NCBI GenBank assembly: GCA_963833095.1
Contig: CAWHWQ010000005.1
Location: forward strand, 512,001 to 576,000
Direction: 5' to 3'
DNA from: Vulcanimicrobiota bacterium
GTDB lineage: Bacteria > Vulcanimicrobiota > Vulcanimicrobiia > Vulcanimicrobiales > Vulcanimicrobiaceae
Length of the DNA: 64,000 nucleotides
Below the pieces are notes generated by a model, which ran no database searches, was not told the origin of the DNA, and was given only the letters and a program-made list of their open reading frames with translations. Below, piece after piece: positions 1 through 12,030 of the stretch. Position 1 is the stretch's first letter; the number at the start of each line of letters is the position of its first letter. A program made the position numbers and the translations under genes.

Positions 1-1317
1 CGCGCGAGACCGGATTTTCGCGCGGTCTTCTTCAATCGCAGCGACCTCGGTCCGGGCACGGCCTACGCTCCGCAATCGGCCAGTCTTTTGATGAACGGGC
101 CGGTGCGCGCGATGTCGGCCGTACCAGGCGACGATCGCCATCTCGCGCGCTATCTGGTCGACGAAACCGACGACGCGATGATTTGCCGCGCGCGTTTCGG
201 CGCGTACCTTCGAGCGACGAGTGCGAATGCGCTCGCGCAGCACGCCGGAATGACGCACGAGCGCGCCGAGATCATCGACATCGAGCGAACCGACACTGGA
301 TACCGCCTCACCGATGACAACGGTCGCCGGCACGACGCGCGAAGCGTGGTGCTCGCGCTGGGCAATCTGCCGCCGAACGATCGTTTTCTCCCTGAGAGCG
401 TGCGCCGTCATGCTGGATATGCCGGCGACCCTTGGACGGCGGACATCGCGCATTTCGACCCCGCAGCCGAAGTCGTCGTCATCGGTAGCCGGTTGACCGC
501 AATGGACACGATCGCACTGTTGGATGAGCGCGCATTCCGCGGGCGCGTGCATATTGTCTCGCGCCACGGTCTTTTGCCGCTAGTCGAGGATACAGGCGTG
601 CGAGGAGTCGACGCGGCAACTCTTGGCCTCGATATTCGCACGCCGTATACACTGCTGCGCTCGCTCCGCGCTGCCGCCGCTGGATTTTCCGGCGATTGGC
701 GCGCACTCATCGAGGCGCTGCGTCCAATTACGCCGGCGATCTGGAGCGGGTGGAGCGATCGCGAACGCAAGCGTTTCTTACGTCATCTGCAATCGATGTG
801 GGCAATCCATCGCTATCGCGTTCCTCCCGCGACCTATGCGGCGTTTACCCGCATGAAAGCCGAGGGACGTATCAGAGTTCATCGCGGCCATGTCACCGGC
901 GGCATCGCGCGGTCGAATGGGATCACCCTGAACATCGCGGCTCCAACCGGACCGCTTGAACTTCATGCCGCGTACGTCGTTAACTGCACGGGCCCGAATT
1001 CCGATCTGCGTACCGTCGCGCACCCATTCGTCCGCAACGCGCTTGCGCGTGGGCTAATGCGCCCCGATCCGCTCGCACTCGGCGTCGACGTGACAAGTGA
1101 TTATCGCGTCCTCGACGTAAAGGGCCAGCCCCAGCCGCAGCTCTTTGCAATCGGTCCGCTGCTACGCGGCCTGTGGTACGAGACGACGGCGGTCGGCGAG
1201 ATTCGCAAACACGCTAGCGAGATCGTCTCGCTGCTATTTGAGGTAACTCTCGATCCAGCCCGACCAGCGGCGGTAAACGTCGAGCGAGCGGACGGGATCG
1301 CCCGGAAAGTGTCCTGA
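1..1317 (+). CDS. FAD/NAD(P)-binding oxidoreductase (YdhS-like), 5'-truncated by window edge
   Basis: GxGTAY-like start, VVLALGN, VVIGSRLTAMD, VNCTGP, LFAIGPLLRG-WYETTAV motifs; frame appears open upstream of the ORF-track start at 88. Confidence 0.8.
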   Translation, partial: RARPDFRAVFFNRSDLGPGTAYAPQSASLLMNGPVRAMSAVPGDDRHLARYLVDETDDAMICRARFGAYLRATSANALAQHAGMTHERAEIIDIERTDTGYRLTDDNGRRHDARSVVLALGNLPPNDRFLPESVRRHAGYAGDPWTADIAHFDPAAEVVVIGSRLTAMDTIALLDERAFRGRVHIVSRHGLLPLVEDTGVRGVDAATLGLDIRTPYTLLRSLRAAAAGFSGDWRALIEALRPITPAIWSGWSDRERKRFLRHLQSMWAIHRYRVPPATYAAFTRMKAEGRIRVHRGHVTGGIARSNGITLNIAAPTGPLELHAAYVVNCTGPNSDLRTVAHPFVRNALARGLMRPDPLALGVDVTSDYRVLDVKGQPQPQLFAIGPLLRGLWYETTAVGEIRKHASEIVSLLFEVTLDPARPAAVNVERADGIARKVS

Positions 1318-3249
1318 GACCGGATACGCCCAGAATTGCACCGTCGTACCGCGGTCTTTGAGCGCATGGTAGAACTTGTACGACTGCGTGATCGGCACGC
1401 GTTGATCGCCGACGTCGCTTAAGATCAACGTCGGCGTTGTGACGCTCCAGGCAGCGCTGATCGGTGACTGATCGATGTAGTTCTTCGTGAGGCCTTTGAC
1501 GTAGGGCGAGCCATTCATGTCGAACCGCCAGCCGACGCCGTTGTCGGCAAGCGCGTACTCGTCGATCAGGTCGTTGACCGCCGCACCAGAAACCGCGGCC
1601 TTCCAAATATGGTAGTGGCCGATCATCCACGAGGTCATGTAACCGCCGTACGACCAACCCGAGACGGCGATGCGCGAGGTATCGATTTTGTACTGCTGTT
1701 CGAGCGCGGCGATGCCGGCCATCACATCGCGCCCTGGACCCGCACCTGAATCATTCACGATGCCGTACCAGTACTTCGCGCCGAGATTGTCGCTGCCGCG
1801 ATAGTTCGGATTGAAGACGATGTACCCGCGCGCCGCCAGCAATTGATTGAACCCGCTAAACGAGGTGATCGAGGCCGAATTCGGTCCGCCGTGGATAACC
1901 AGCACCAGCGGATAGGTCCTGGCGGAATCGTAACCGGGTGGAAGCGTCACCACACCGTCCTCGAGAAAGCCGTCGTTTTGCCATTGGATAGCACGCACCA
2001 CACCGAGATCGAGCGCCGCGATGGCATCGTTATAACTGGTAAGGCGCTGCGGCGCGGAATCAGGCGACGGCATGTAGTAGAGCTCGCTTGGATGGTTGGG
2101 CTCGCTCCCGGCAAAGGCGATCGCGCCACTCGTGGCGACCGAGGCATCGAGCCAAAAACCTTGCGATGGCTGCACGCCGTGAAGATCGAGGCGCACGGAT
2201 TTTCCGTCGAGCGGTTTGATCCACAGTGCCGCGTCGGTATCCTTATGCCCCGAGATCAGCAGCTTCTTTGAATCCGGCATCCAGATGAAGCGCTGCACGT
2301 TGGTATCGATGCCGGACGACGTCACGTCGGCACCGTCGCCACCGCCTGCAGGCGCAACGTAGATCTCGTTGACGGCGGCTTCGTCGCCGGCCTGCGGGTA
2401 CCAGTACGCGACGTGCGTTCCGTCGGGCGAATATTCGCCGAAGCCTTCATATTTGCCGTGCGACGTCAGCGGAGTGATCTTGCCTCCGGCAAGCTCCAGC
2501 GCGCAGACGACCGCGCCGTCGGAATCCGCGTCGTACGCGTTCGGCATCTTGGTGAAGACGATCGATTTGCCGTCGGGCGACCACGAGATCGGCGGCCCCG
2601 GCGAACTTGGCGGTTGCGCCGAGGGCAGACTCCAGCTTCCGCTCGTAAGGCGCTTCGTCGTAGTCGATCCGTCAGCATTAAATGCGAGCAGCCAAATATG
2701 ATTGCTCGTCGGCGCCGAGCGATCGTCGTACGCCTGATCTCCGACTACGAACGAATCGAGATGTTTCTCGACGTCTTTTTTGTTTGAAGGCTCGTCGGGA
2801 GCGACGAAGGCAATCGCCCCGCCGTCCGGACGCCACGCGAATTCTTCTACGCCTTTGGGTGCCTTAGTGGCCGCCACTGCGTCACCGCCGCGCATCTCCA
2901 TGATCCAGAGTTGCTGATTGACGTCGTCGCCGGTGCCGTAATCGGCGAGGAACCCGAGCTTCGTTCCGTCCGGCGACCAAGCCGGCGACGCTAGACCTTT
3001 GCGTTCGAAGGTAAGGGCGCGCGCCGTCTTCGTTGCGACGTCGTACAGCTCGAGCGTACGGTCGTTGATGTCCGTCTTGAGATTTTGGCGTGTCAAGACA
3101 AAAGCAATTTGCTTTCCGTCGGGCGAGATCGCGACGTTCGAGACGCCGGCGATCTTGGGAAAGTCGTCGAGCGTAAAAACGCGCGGCGCCGACGCCGGAG
3201 CCGCCGCGATGCATACAGCGAGCAGTACTGAAGCCGTGAGTCTTTTCAT
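1234..3249 (-). CDS. Secreted S9 family (prolyl oligopeptidase/acylaminoacyl) peptidase
   Basis: Signal peptide, WSPDG propeller repeats, IHGGP, GWSYGG nucleophile elbow, DQRV, GHFP. Confidence 0.93.
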   Translation of the reverse strand: MKRLTASVLLAVCIAAAPASAPRVFTLDDFPKIAGVSNVAISPDGKQIAFVLTRQNLKTDINDRTLELYDVATKTARALTFERKGLASPAWSPDGTKLGFLADYGTGDDVNQQLWIMEMRGGDAVAATKAPKGVEEFAWRPDGGAIAFVAPDEPSNKKDVEKHLDSFVVGDQAYDDRSAPTSNHIWLLAFNADGSTTTKRLTSGSWSLPSAQPPSSPGPPISWSPDGKSIVFTKMPNAYDADSDGAVVCALELAGGKITPLTSHGKYEGFGEYSPDGTHVAYWYPQAGDEAAVNEIYVAPAGGGDGADVTSSGIDTNVQRFIWMPDSKKLLISGHKDTDAALWIKPLDGKSVRLDLHGVQPSQGFWLDASVATSGAIAFAGSEPNHPSELYYMPSPDSAPQRLTSYNDAIAALDLGVVRAIQWQNDGFLEDGVVTLPPGYDSARTYPLVLVIHGGPNSASITSFSGFNQLLAARGYIVFNPNYRGSDNLGAKYWYGIVNDSGAGPGRDVMAGIAALEQQYKIDTSRIAVSGWSYGGYMTSWMIGHYHIWKAAVSGAAVNDLIDEYALADNGVGWRFDMNGSPYVKGLTKNYIDQSPISAAWSVTTPTLILSDVGDQRVPITQSYKFYHALKDRGTTVQFWAYPVSGHFPGDPVRSLDVYRRWSGWIESYLK

Positions 3250-3260
3250 TTTGTCTTCCT

Positions 3261-5240
3261 TTACTTCAGGTACTGCTCGAGCCAGTCGAGCCAGTGCTTT
3301 TGCACGTCTTCCGCGCGTACCGGATCGGAGGGGAAGTGTCCCGCCACCGGATAGGCGATGAACTTCACCGTGGTGCCGTTGTCCTTAAGCGCATGATAGA
3401 GCTTGAATGAGTTGGTGATCGTCACGTTATTATCGCCGATGTCACCCATGATCAGCGTCGGCGTGGTGGCCTTTGGCGCGTCTGCGATCGGCGATTGCTC
3501 GCGCCACTCAGCTGTATTGATCGGGTTCCACGGTTTGCCCGCGAAGAACGGAACGTCGGTATCGTAATAGAACGCAATGTTGTAGTCGTCAAGCCAATCG
3601 TCGAGCGACGCGCCGCTGACCGCGGCCTTCCATACATGGTAGTGGCCGATAAGCCACGACGTCATGTAGCCGCCGTACGACCAGCCCGAGACGCCGATCC
3701 GTGACGTGTCGACCGGATACTCGCGCTCGACGGTTGCCAGCCCCGCCATTACGTCCTTGCCTGGACCATCGCCGGCATCGTTAGTGATCGCGTGTTCGTA
3801 GGCGTCGCCTAAATTCGTGCTCCCGCGATAGTTGGGCGAGAACACGAAGAATCCGTGCGAGGCAAAGATCTGCGCCTGGCTGCTCCATCCGAGCGTCGAT
3901 GCCCCCTGTGGGCCACCATGAATCAGCAAAATCAGCGGCGCTTTCCCACCTTTATAATGCAGCGGATAAACCAGCACACCGTCTTCCGCGAAGTTGCCTT
4001 TGGTCGAACGCCAATTCACCGCGACCTCGCGCGCTACGCCGGTCTTGGCGACGAATCCATTTTCATCCGTAAGTGCGATCGGTTTACGGTCAGGCGAGGC
4101 CGCGTAGTAAATCTCGGTCGGGTGGCTTGCCGATGATGCGGTAAACACGAAGGCGCCGCTCTTTGTGCTGTTGCCCAGACCGGCCGGCTGCGCGCTTCCG
4201 AGATCGATCCGCCGAATGTGGCCGCGCAGCGGCCAGTACCAGAGCGATTGACGTGTCGCGTCGGGGGTAGCAATCCAGAGCGCATCGCCGCGCCCGTCCC
4301 ACGCGGCGCCGGTAACGTCGCGATCGAGTTGCGTGCGAAGGTCGGCAATCCGTTGCCCACCTATGGCGGCAACGTAAAGGTTGACGCCTTGCGTGTAGTC
4401 CCCGCGCGTGTTTCGCGCGTATGCAACGATCTGCGAGTGCGGCGCAAAGAGCGGACCGTCTTGTAATGATTCCCCCGGTACCAACGGTCGCCGCGCTCCG
4501 CTATCGGCATCGAGCAATTCAATGTACGACGCCAATGAATCGCCGACGAATGGCGTCGGGAAGTGCTCGATCGCGAGGGTCTTGGAATCCGGCGACCAGG
4601 AGAGCTCGCCGCCGCCGTCCGGACCGACAACGGCGGTACTCCATGAACCGCTGGTCAAACGCCGCAGGTGCGAACCGTCGGAATTGCAGATCCAGACGTG
4701 TACCGGCGGTGTTCCGGCGCGGTGCAGGTAGTCGTTGTCTTGCACTTGGAACGCGTCGAGATGGGTTTTGTTTGCGTTTGAATTAGGATCGTCATCCTGC
4801 ATCGTGTAAGCAAAGCGACGCCCATCCGGACTCCATGCATAGCTGGTGACGCCATTCTTTGCATGGGTGATCTGCCGCGCATCACCGCCATCCATCCGTA
4901 GCACGAAAATCTGGTCCTGCGGATTCTTAACGGCAACGTCGGATGCGCTGAAGGCGATTGCTCCGCCGTCAGCCGACCATCGCGGTGAGGAGACCCCCTT
5001 GCGATCGAAGGTCAGCTGCCGCTGCGCGCGCGTGCGCACGTTGAGGAGCCAGAGCTGCCGGTCGGTGTGATCCTTGGCAAAATCGGGAACACCCCGGACG
5101 TACACGATAAGTGCTCCGTCAGGAGAAATCTGCGGCTCCGATAGCGAGACGACATGCCGCGCGTCTGAGAAGTCGAAAGCGCGCGCGGGTACTGTTGCGG
5201 CACATAGCGCGATTAGGGCCAAGGCATAAACAAACCGCAT
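3261..5240 (-). CDS. Secreted S9 family peptidase, tandem paralogue
   Basis: Signal peptide (ARA-F), WSPDG repeats, IHGGP, GWSYGG, DNNV, GHFP. Confidence 0.93.
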   Translation of the reverse strand: MRFVYALALIALCAATVPARAFDFSDARHVVSLSEPQISPDGALIVYVRGVPDFAKDHTDRQLWLLNVRTRAQRQLTFDRKGVSSPRWSADGGAIAFSASDVAVKNPQDQIFVLRMDGGDARQITHAKNGVTSYAWSPDGRRFAYTMQDDDPNSNANKTHLDAFQVQDNDYLHRAGTPPVHVWICNSDGSHLRRLTSGSWSTAVVGPDGGGELSWSPDSKTLAIEHFPTPFVGDSLASYIELLDADSGARRPLVPGESLQDGPLFAPHSQIVAYARNTRGDYTQGVNLYVAAIGGQRIADLRTQLDRDVTGAAWDGRGDALWIATPDATRQSLWYWPLRGHIRRIDLGSAQPAGLGNSTKSGAFVFTASSASHPTEIYYAASPDRKPIALTDENGFVAKTGVAREVAVNWRSTKGNFAEDGVLVYPLHYKGGKAPLILLIHGGPQGASTLGWSSQAQIFASHGFFVFSPNYRGSTNLGDAYEHAITNDAGDGPGKDVMAGLATVEREYPVDTSRIGVSGWSYGGYMTSWLIGHYHVWKAAVSGASLDDWLDDYNIAFYYDTDVPFFAGKPWNPINTAEWREQSPIADAPKATTPTLIMGDIGDNNVTITNSFKLYHALKDNGTTVKFIAYPVAGHFPSDPVRAEDVQKHWLDWLEQYLK

Positions 5241-5249
5241 GGGCTCTCC

Positions 5250-6166
5250 TCAATCTTGTAGCGCGATCGTTTCTCCATCGCGGGCAATCAAGCCATCACG
5301 CTCCAGTATTGCCACGAGCTCCCCCACATCCTCCAGCGAGCGTTCCGGCATCAACGGCTGCAAATCGCCGTGCAAATCGAGCAACGAGATGCGCTGCCCC
5401 GGCGGCAGCGCGCGCAGACGATCGATGATGCGCCCCCGCGCAAAGCGCGTCGTCCGCGCGAAGGGGAGCGCGTTTTGAGGTGACCGAGTTTTGGCATGCT
5501 CCTTGCGCGCAACCTCGAGCCGCGCCGCATCGATCGGAGCGGCAGCGCAATGCTCGCGCAACGGGCAAATCAGGCATTTTGGCGCATGCGCCGTGCATAT
5601 CGTCGCGCCCAAATCCATCATCGCGGAATTCCAGTCATGCGCGCTCCGGAAACGGCGACTTCGCGTGCGCGCTCGTCGAGTTCGCGCTGCCCTGCGCGGC
5701 TTGGATACTCCACACCATAGTACACACGATGCACGATGCGACGGATATTCGTATCGAGCGGTGCGTCATCGACATCAAAGCCGAAGGCGCGAATCGCGGC
5801 AGCTGTATACGGCCCGACACCGGGAAGCTGTCGCAACAAATGGGTTTGCGACGGCATCACTCCGCCGAAACGACCGACGATCACGCCCGCCGTCTCGTGC
5901 AAGCGCACGGCTCGCGAGTTATATCCTAGACCCTTCCATTCGCGTAGAACGTCCCCTACGCTTGCCCGCGCAAGCGCGGCGAAGTCCGGAAAGCGCGCCA
6001 CGAATGCTTCGAACTTGGGAACGACACGATCGACTTGCGTTTGCTGCGAGCATGAACTCGCTAACGAGCGTGTAGTAAGGATTGCGAACGACGCGCCACG
6101 GCAACTCGTGCGGCCGTGCGTTCGTACCACCTTCTTACGTCAGCCGCGCGTGTCGAACGGATTCAC
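5250..6166 (-). CDS. mutY: A/G-specific adenine glycosylase MutY (frameshifted as assembled; start approximate)
   Basis: LPWR..PYYTLVSEFML / QQTQVDRV / WKGLGYNSRA / LPGVGPYTA / DTNIRR / MDLGATICTAHAPKCLICPLREHC, spread across several frames. Confidence 0.88.
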
Positions 6167-7652
6167 GCGCGTAGCGACACGCATCGCTTCGCCGATGCGC
6201 CGGATGCCTTCGCCGATCTGGTCGCGTGTGACGGCGGTGAGCGCGAGGCGAAAGTAATGGTCGCCGCCCGAGTTCGCGAAGAACGCTTCGCCGAAAAGAA
6301 ACGATGCGCCGAAACGTTCGGCGACGTCGAGCAGCGCGCGCGCGCGCATTTCGCGCGGCGTCGATGCCCACAGGTAAAATCCGCCGGCAGCGCCGGCTCG
6401 CCTTGAGCGCCCGGCGGCCAATGCTCGGCGATCGCTTCGTCGGCGAGGGCTGCGGCGCAGCAACAGTTCTTCGCGCAGCTGCTCGACGTGCGCGTCGTAA
6501 CCGCGCTCGAGATAGTCGGCGATCGCCGCCTGCACGTACAGACTCGTCGCCATATCGTAGGCTTGTTTGCGCAAGCAGCAGCCGCTCGAGAATCGTCCGC
6601 GGCGCGAGCGAGCCAGCCGACGCGCAGACTCGGCGCGATCGTCTTCGAGAACGTCGAAAGGTAGACGACGTGATCCGGCGCGAGCGAGACGAGCGGCGGC
6701 AACGGTTCGCTGCGCGAGCGGGCCGTACGGATCGTCTTCGACGATCGGCACGCCGGCGCGGCGCGCGATCGTCGCCAGCCGTTCGCGCCGGTCGGCGTTC
6801 ATCGTCGCATTGGTCGGATTGTGCAGCGAGGGCATCGTGTAGATGAAGCGCGGCCGGCGCGTGCGCAAAATCGCCTCGACGTGATCGACGCGCATCCCGT
6901 CGTCATCGACCGGCACGGGAATCGCGCGCAGGCCGTTGATCTGAAAGACCTGCAACGCGCCCGGATACGACGGCGACTCGACGATGATCTCGTCGCCCGG
7001 TTCGGCGAGGCTCTGCGCGACGATCGCGATGCCTTGGGTCGAGCCGGTGAGCACGATGATATCGTCCGGGCGCGATGCGCGCCGCCCCGCGCGCGTTCAT
7101 CCGCGTCGGCGATCGCGCTGCGCAGCGGCTCGTAGCCTTCGGAATCGCCGTAGGAAAGCACGAAGCGCGGATCGCGCGCGACGCGCGCGAACGATTTCGC
7201 GAGTTCGCCGAGCGGCGAGGGCTCGTCGGGCGCGACGCCTTGCACGAACGAGATCCGGCCCGCCTCCTGCTTGGCCGCGAGCTCGCCGAGGACGTTGGGG
7301 AACTCGCCGACCCGCCAAGGCGGCAGCGTGACCCACCAGGGAACGCCCGCCGCTCGCTCGGGCTGTCCGCCGCGCAGCTGCGGCACGACCCGCGAACCCG
7401 AACCGACCCGCTGCTCGATCAGGCCGTCGCCGACCAGCTCGCGATAGGCATGCACGACCGTGCTGCGGTTGACGCCCAGCTGCTCGGCCATGCGTGCGCT
7501 CGGGCGGCAGCCGGGTCGACTCGGGGAGCGTGCCGGCGAGGATCGCCTCGCGCAGATGCTCGTAGATCTGCCGGTAGAGCGGGACGATCGACTCGCGGTC
7601 GAGATCTGGCAGAATGCCGGCCCATCCAATCTTGGGCATTGATGGGGTCCAT
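6140..7652 (-). CDS. GntR/MocR-family PLP-dependent transcriptional regulator (frameshifted as assembled)
   Basis: PLYRQIYEHLREAILAGTL..RLPPER wHTH; TGSTQG, HNPT, IVEDDPY, STFSKTIAPSLRVGW aminotransferase motifs in different frames. Confidence 0.88.
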
Positions 7653-7697
7653 TTTTCGATGAACCAAGGCCTAAGGCTTGCCGACAACCAGAATACG

Positions 7698-9836
7698 ATG
7701 CTTGACTATCAAGCGGTCGATACGCGCGTTCCCTTTGTGGGACGCGCGTACGAACTCCGCGTCCTCCTGGCTTTTTTGAAGCGAGGGGGGTTACTGACGC
7801 TTGCCGGTCCCGGAGGTGTGGGCAAGTCGCGGCTCGCTCACGAAGCGATCGCGCGCTTTTCGCGCGAGCACGCGACTGAAAGTATCTTTGTTCCACTCGC
7901 CGGTGTGATGCCCGAAGCCGTCGTCGGAACGGTGATGAGTACGATTGGAATTTCGCAAGAGCCGGCTCGTTCGGCGCTGGACACATTGGTCGACCGATTG
8001 GGCGATCGACCGTTGATCTTGGCGCTCGACAACTGCGAACACGCTCCCGACGAAACGTCGGCGCTTATCGACGCGCTCCGCGCCTTGCCGCACGTGACCA
8101 TCTTGGCTACGAGTCAACGTCGTTTGGATTACGCCGACGAGACCGTTTTTGAGGTCGAACCGCTTCCCGTCGAGGACGGCGTTGCGTTCTTCCTCGCTCG
8201 CGCCAACCTGGATCCGCTGCGTGTCGATGAAGCGACGATTGCGACCGTCTCGACGATCGTCGAACGCCTCGACGGGTTGGCGGTCGCTCTCGACCTCGCC
8301 GCAGCGCGTTTAGCCTCGCTCTCGCTCGAGCTTCTAGCAGAAGAACTTGGCGAACTGCGCCCCTATCAACTGCGTTCGACCCGCGGCTCAGACCCGCGCC
8401 ATCGCACGATCGGCAACGTCATCGCCTGGACGCACTCGCAACTCGGCGACTGCGCGAAGCGCGCTTTCGCGCAGGCTTCGCTGTTCGCCGACGAGTTCGA
8501 CGAAGATGATCTCACCGCATTGGGCGACCTCGCCCCCGACGAAGTACGCGTCGCGCTCGATGAACTTGCGCTCAATTCCCTCGTTATGACGACGGAGTTC
8601 GGGTATCGCATGCTGCTGCCGATACGCGCCGTGGCGACGCGAATGTTGACTGCGGTGCGCAACCGCCGAGCGTTCGACGATGCATTTGCCCTGCGCATGA
8701 ACGCGCTCGCATCGCAGTTGTGGGCGCAGATTCGCGGTAGCGGGGAAGGCGCAGCCAAGGCTATTGCTCGTTTGCACGTGCGTTACGCGGACTTTTGCGC
8801 GACGATTGCCTGGGCGCTCAAGCGCCCGCAAGATCGGCTGGCTTCGATCGATGACGTTTTAAGCGTTATGATGACGATCTGGGCCGAAGGCGGACGTTTC
8901 ACCGAGGGGTTGCGCTGGACCGAACGCCTCGAATCAGTCGCGGGACGTTTGAGCGCGCAACTGCGCGGGCGCGTCTACTTCTTAGGTCTGTGCGTTGCGC
9001 ACGCCGCTTCGGAATACCACCGCATGGTCGAAACCGGGCCGCTCACCATTTCGGCATTTACGATTGCGGGAGACCAACTCGGCCTTGCCCGGGCTTATAA
9101 TGCGCTCGCAGTTGCGTCGCTCAATACGGGCCGAATCGAAGATGCGTCCACCTACGTCGAAACGTCGATACGGTTCTACGAGCAAGTCGGACACCAGCGC
9201 GGCGTGGCGACGGCCTTGATCAACCAAGGAAGCATTCTCTTCGATGGCCATGCGGATCACCCGCGAGCGCATGAAATCTTCCAAAAAGCCGTCGTCGCGC
9301 TCGAACGAGAGGGCCCTCCGGCGCTTTGCGGCATTGCGCTCGGCGACCTCGCTGAAGTCGAGTACGCGATGAGCGAGTACGATGCCGCCGCCGCGCATGC
9401 TCGCAACGCAATCGAACGATTCGAGCAAAATTCCGCTCCGCCGATGATCGCTTGGGCGCACCAGACGCTTGCGCGTTGTGCGCTCGCGCGCGGTCAGCTC
9501 AGCGTCGCGGGCGAGGAACTGCTCATCGCCTGCGAGTTGCTCCGGCACACGCCGCAGCCGCTCTACATCGCGCGCCTGGCAGAGGTCAGCGGGCGCAGCT
9601 TTCTCCTCGGCGGCAACCCCCGAAACGCCGCGCTGGCGCTGGCTGCCGCCCGCCGTTACCGCAGCGAGCGCGCCCTGGTCTCGTTCGGCATCTTCTCGCG
9701 CGAGGTCGCGGCCGACGAAGTCGCGCTTGCCCAGCATCTCGCTCCAGCCGACCTGGCCGAAGTGGCCCGCTCGGCGACTACCCTCGATCTGGCTCGGCTG
9801 TGCGGCCTCCTCGCCGGGCTGCTTAGCGCGGGATAG
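7698..9836 (+). CDS. STAND/NB-ARC-like ATPase with TPR-like C-terminus, no DNA-binding domain seen
   Basis: FVGR, Walker A GPGGVGKSRLA, Walker B LALDNCEH, ILATSQRRL, GLAVALDLAAARL; helical repeats at C-terminus; start chosen at ATG 7698. Confidence 0.85.
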   Translation: MLDYQAVDTRVPFVGRAYELRVLLAFLKRGGLLTLAGPGGVGKSRLAHEAIARFSREHATESIFVPLAGVMPEAVVGTVMSTIGISQEPARSALDTLVDRLGDRPLILALDNCEHAPDETSALIDALRALPHVTILATSQRRLDYADETVFEVEPLPVEDGVAFFLARANLDPLRVDEATIATVSTIVERLDGLAVALDLAAARLASLSLELLAEELGELRPYQLRSTRGSDPRHRTIGNVIAWTHSQLGDCAKRAFAQASLFADEFDEDDLTALGDLAPDEVRVALDELALNSLVMTTEFGYRMLLPIRAVATRMLTAVRNRRAFDDAFALRMNALASQLWAQIRGSGEGAAKAIARLHVRYADFCATIAWALKRPQDRLASIDDVLSVMMTIWAEGGRFTEGLRWTERLESVAGRLSAQLRGRVYFLGLCVAHAASEYHRMVETGPLTISAFTIAGDQLGLARAYNALAVASLNTGRIEDASTYVETSIRFYEQVGHQRGVATALINQGSILFDGHADHPRAHEIFQKAVVALEREGPPALCGIALGDLAEVEYAMSEYDAAAAHARNAIERFEQNSAPPMIAWAHQTLARCALARGQLSVAGEELLIACELLRHTPQPLYIARLAEVSGRSFLLGGNPRNAALALAAARRYRSERALVSFGIFSREVAADEVALAQHLAPADLAEVARSATTLDLARLCGLLAGLLSAG

Positions 9837-9861
9837 GTCGGCGCGGCCCGCGGCGAAGGCC

Positions 9862-9870
9862 TGTTATAGT
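9862..9870 (+). promoter_or_regulatory. Candidate extended -10 promoter for the lpdA-lipB-lipA operon
   Basis: TGTTATAGT (TGn-TATAGT) about 45 bp upstream of lpdA; AGGAG RBS at 9901. Confidence 0.5.
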
Positions 9871-9872
9871 GA

Positions 9873-11367
<1,495 letters not shown>

Positions 11368-11378
11368 CGAAATAGCGC

Positions 11379-12030
11379 ATGGCGCGCCTGCTCGACCTCG
11401 GGGTCCGCCCGTACCGTGAGGTATGGGATCTGCAGCATCCATTGCACGAAGCGGTGCGCGAAGGGCGCGAGCCCGATACCTGGATTTTCGTCGAGCACCC
11501 TCCGGTCATCACGCTCGGCCGACAAGCCAAGCGAGACAACGTCTTGCTTTCGCCCGAGCTACTCGCCGCGCAGGGCGTCGACGTCGTCGAGATCGAGCGC
11601 GGCGGCGACGTTACCTACCACGGCCCGGGCCAGCTCGTCGTCTATCCGATCCGCAAGCTCGAGCGCTTTCGCGAGATCGTGCCGCTGGTGCGCGCGCTCG
11701 AAGAGCGCCGTGATCGAGGCGTGCGCGCGTTTCGGCATCGCCGCCGAGCGCTGGAGCGAACATGCCGGGGTCTGGGTCGGGCGCAACCAGATCTGCGCGA
11801 TCGGCCTGGCAGTGCAAAAGATGGTTTCGCTGCACGGCATCGCGCTCAACGTCTCGACCGAGCTGGACTACGACCGGCTGATCAACCCCTGCGGGCTGAC
11901 CGACCGCGGCATCACGTCGATCTCGCACGAGACCGGACGAAGATGTCACGATCGACCGAGGTCAAGCCCGTGCTTCGATTCGAGGAGCTAGCTCGGCGAG
12001 TTTCGATGCACGGTTGCAGTGAGCGTATGG
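11379..12030 (+). CDS. lipB: Lipoyl(octanoyl) transferase (frameshifted; end approximate)
   Basis: [42 protein letters not shown]. Confidence 0.9.

Noticed and set aside
6140..7652. Calling the MocR regulator PdxR
   Set aside because: pdxST lies 32 kb away and no binding site was identified
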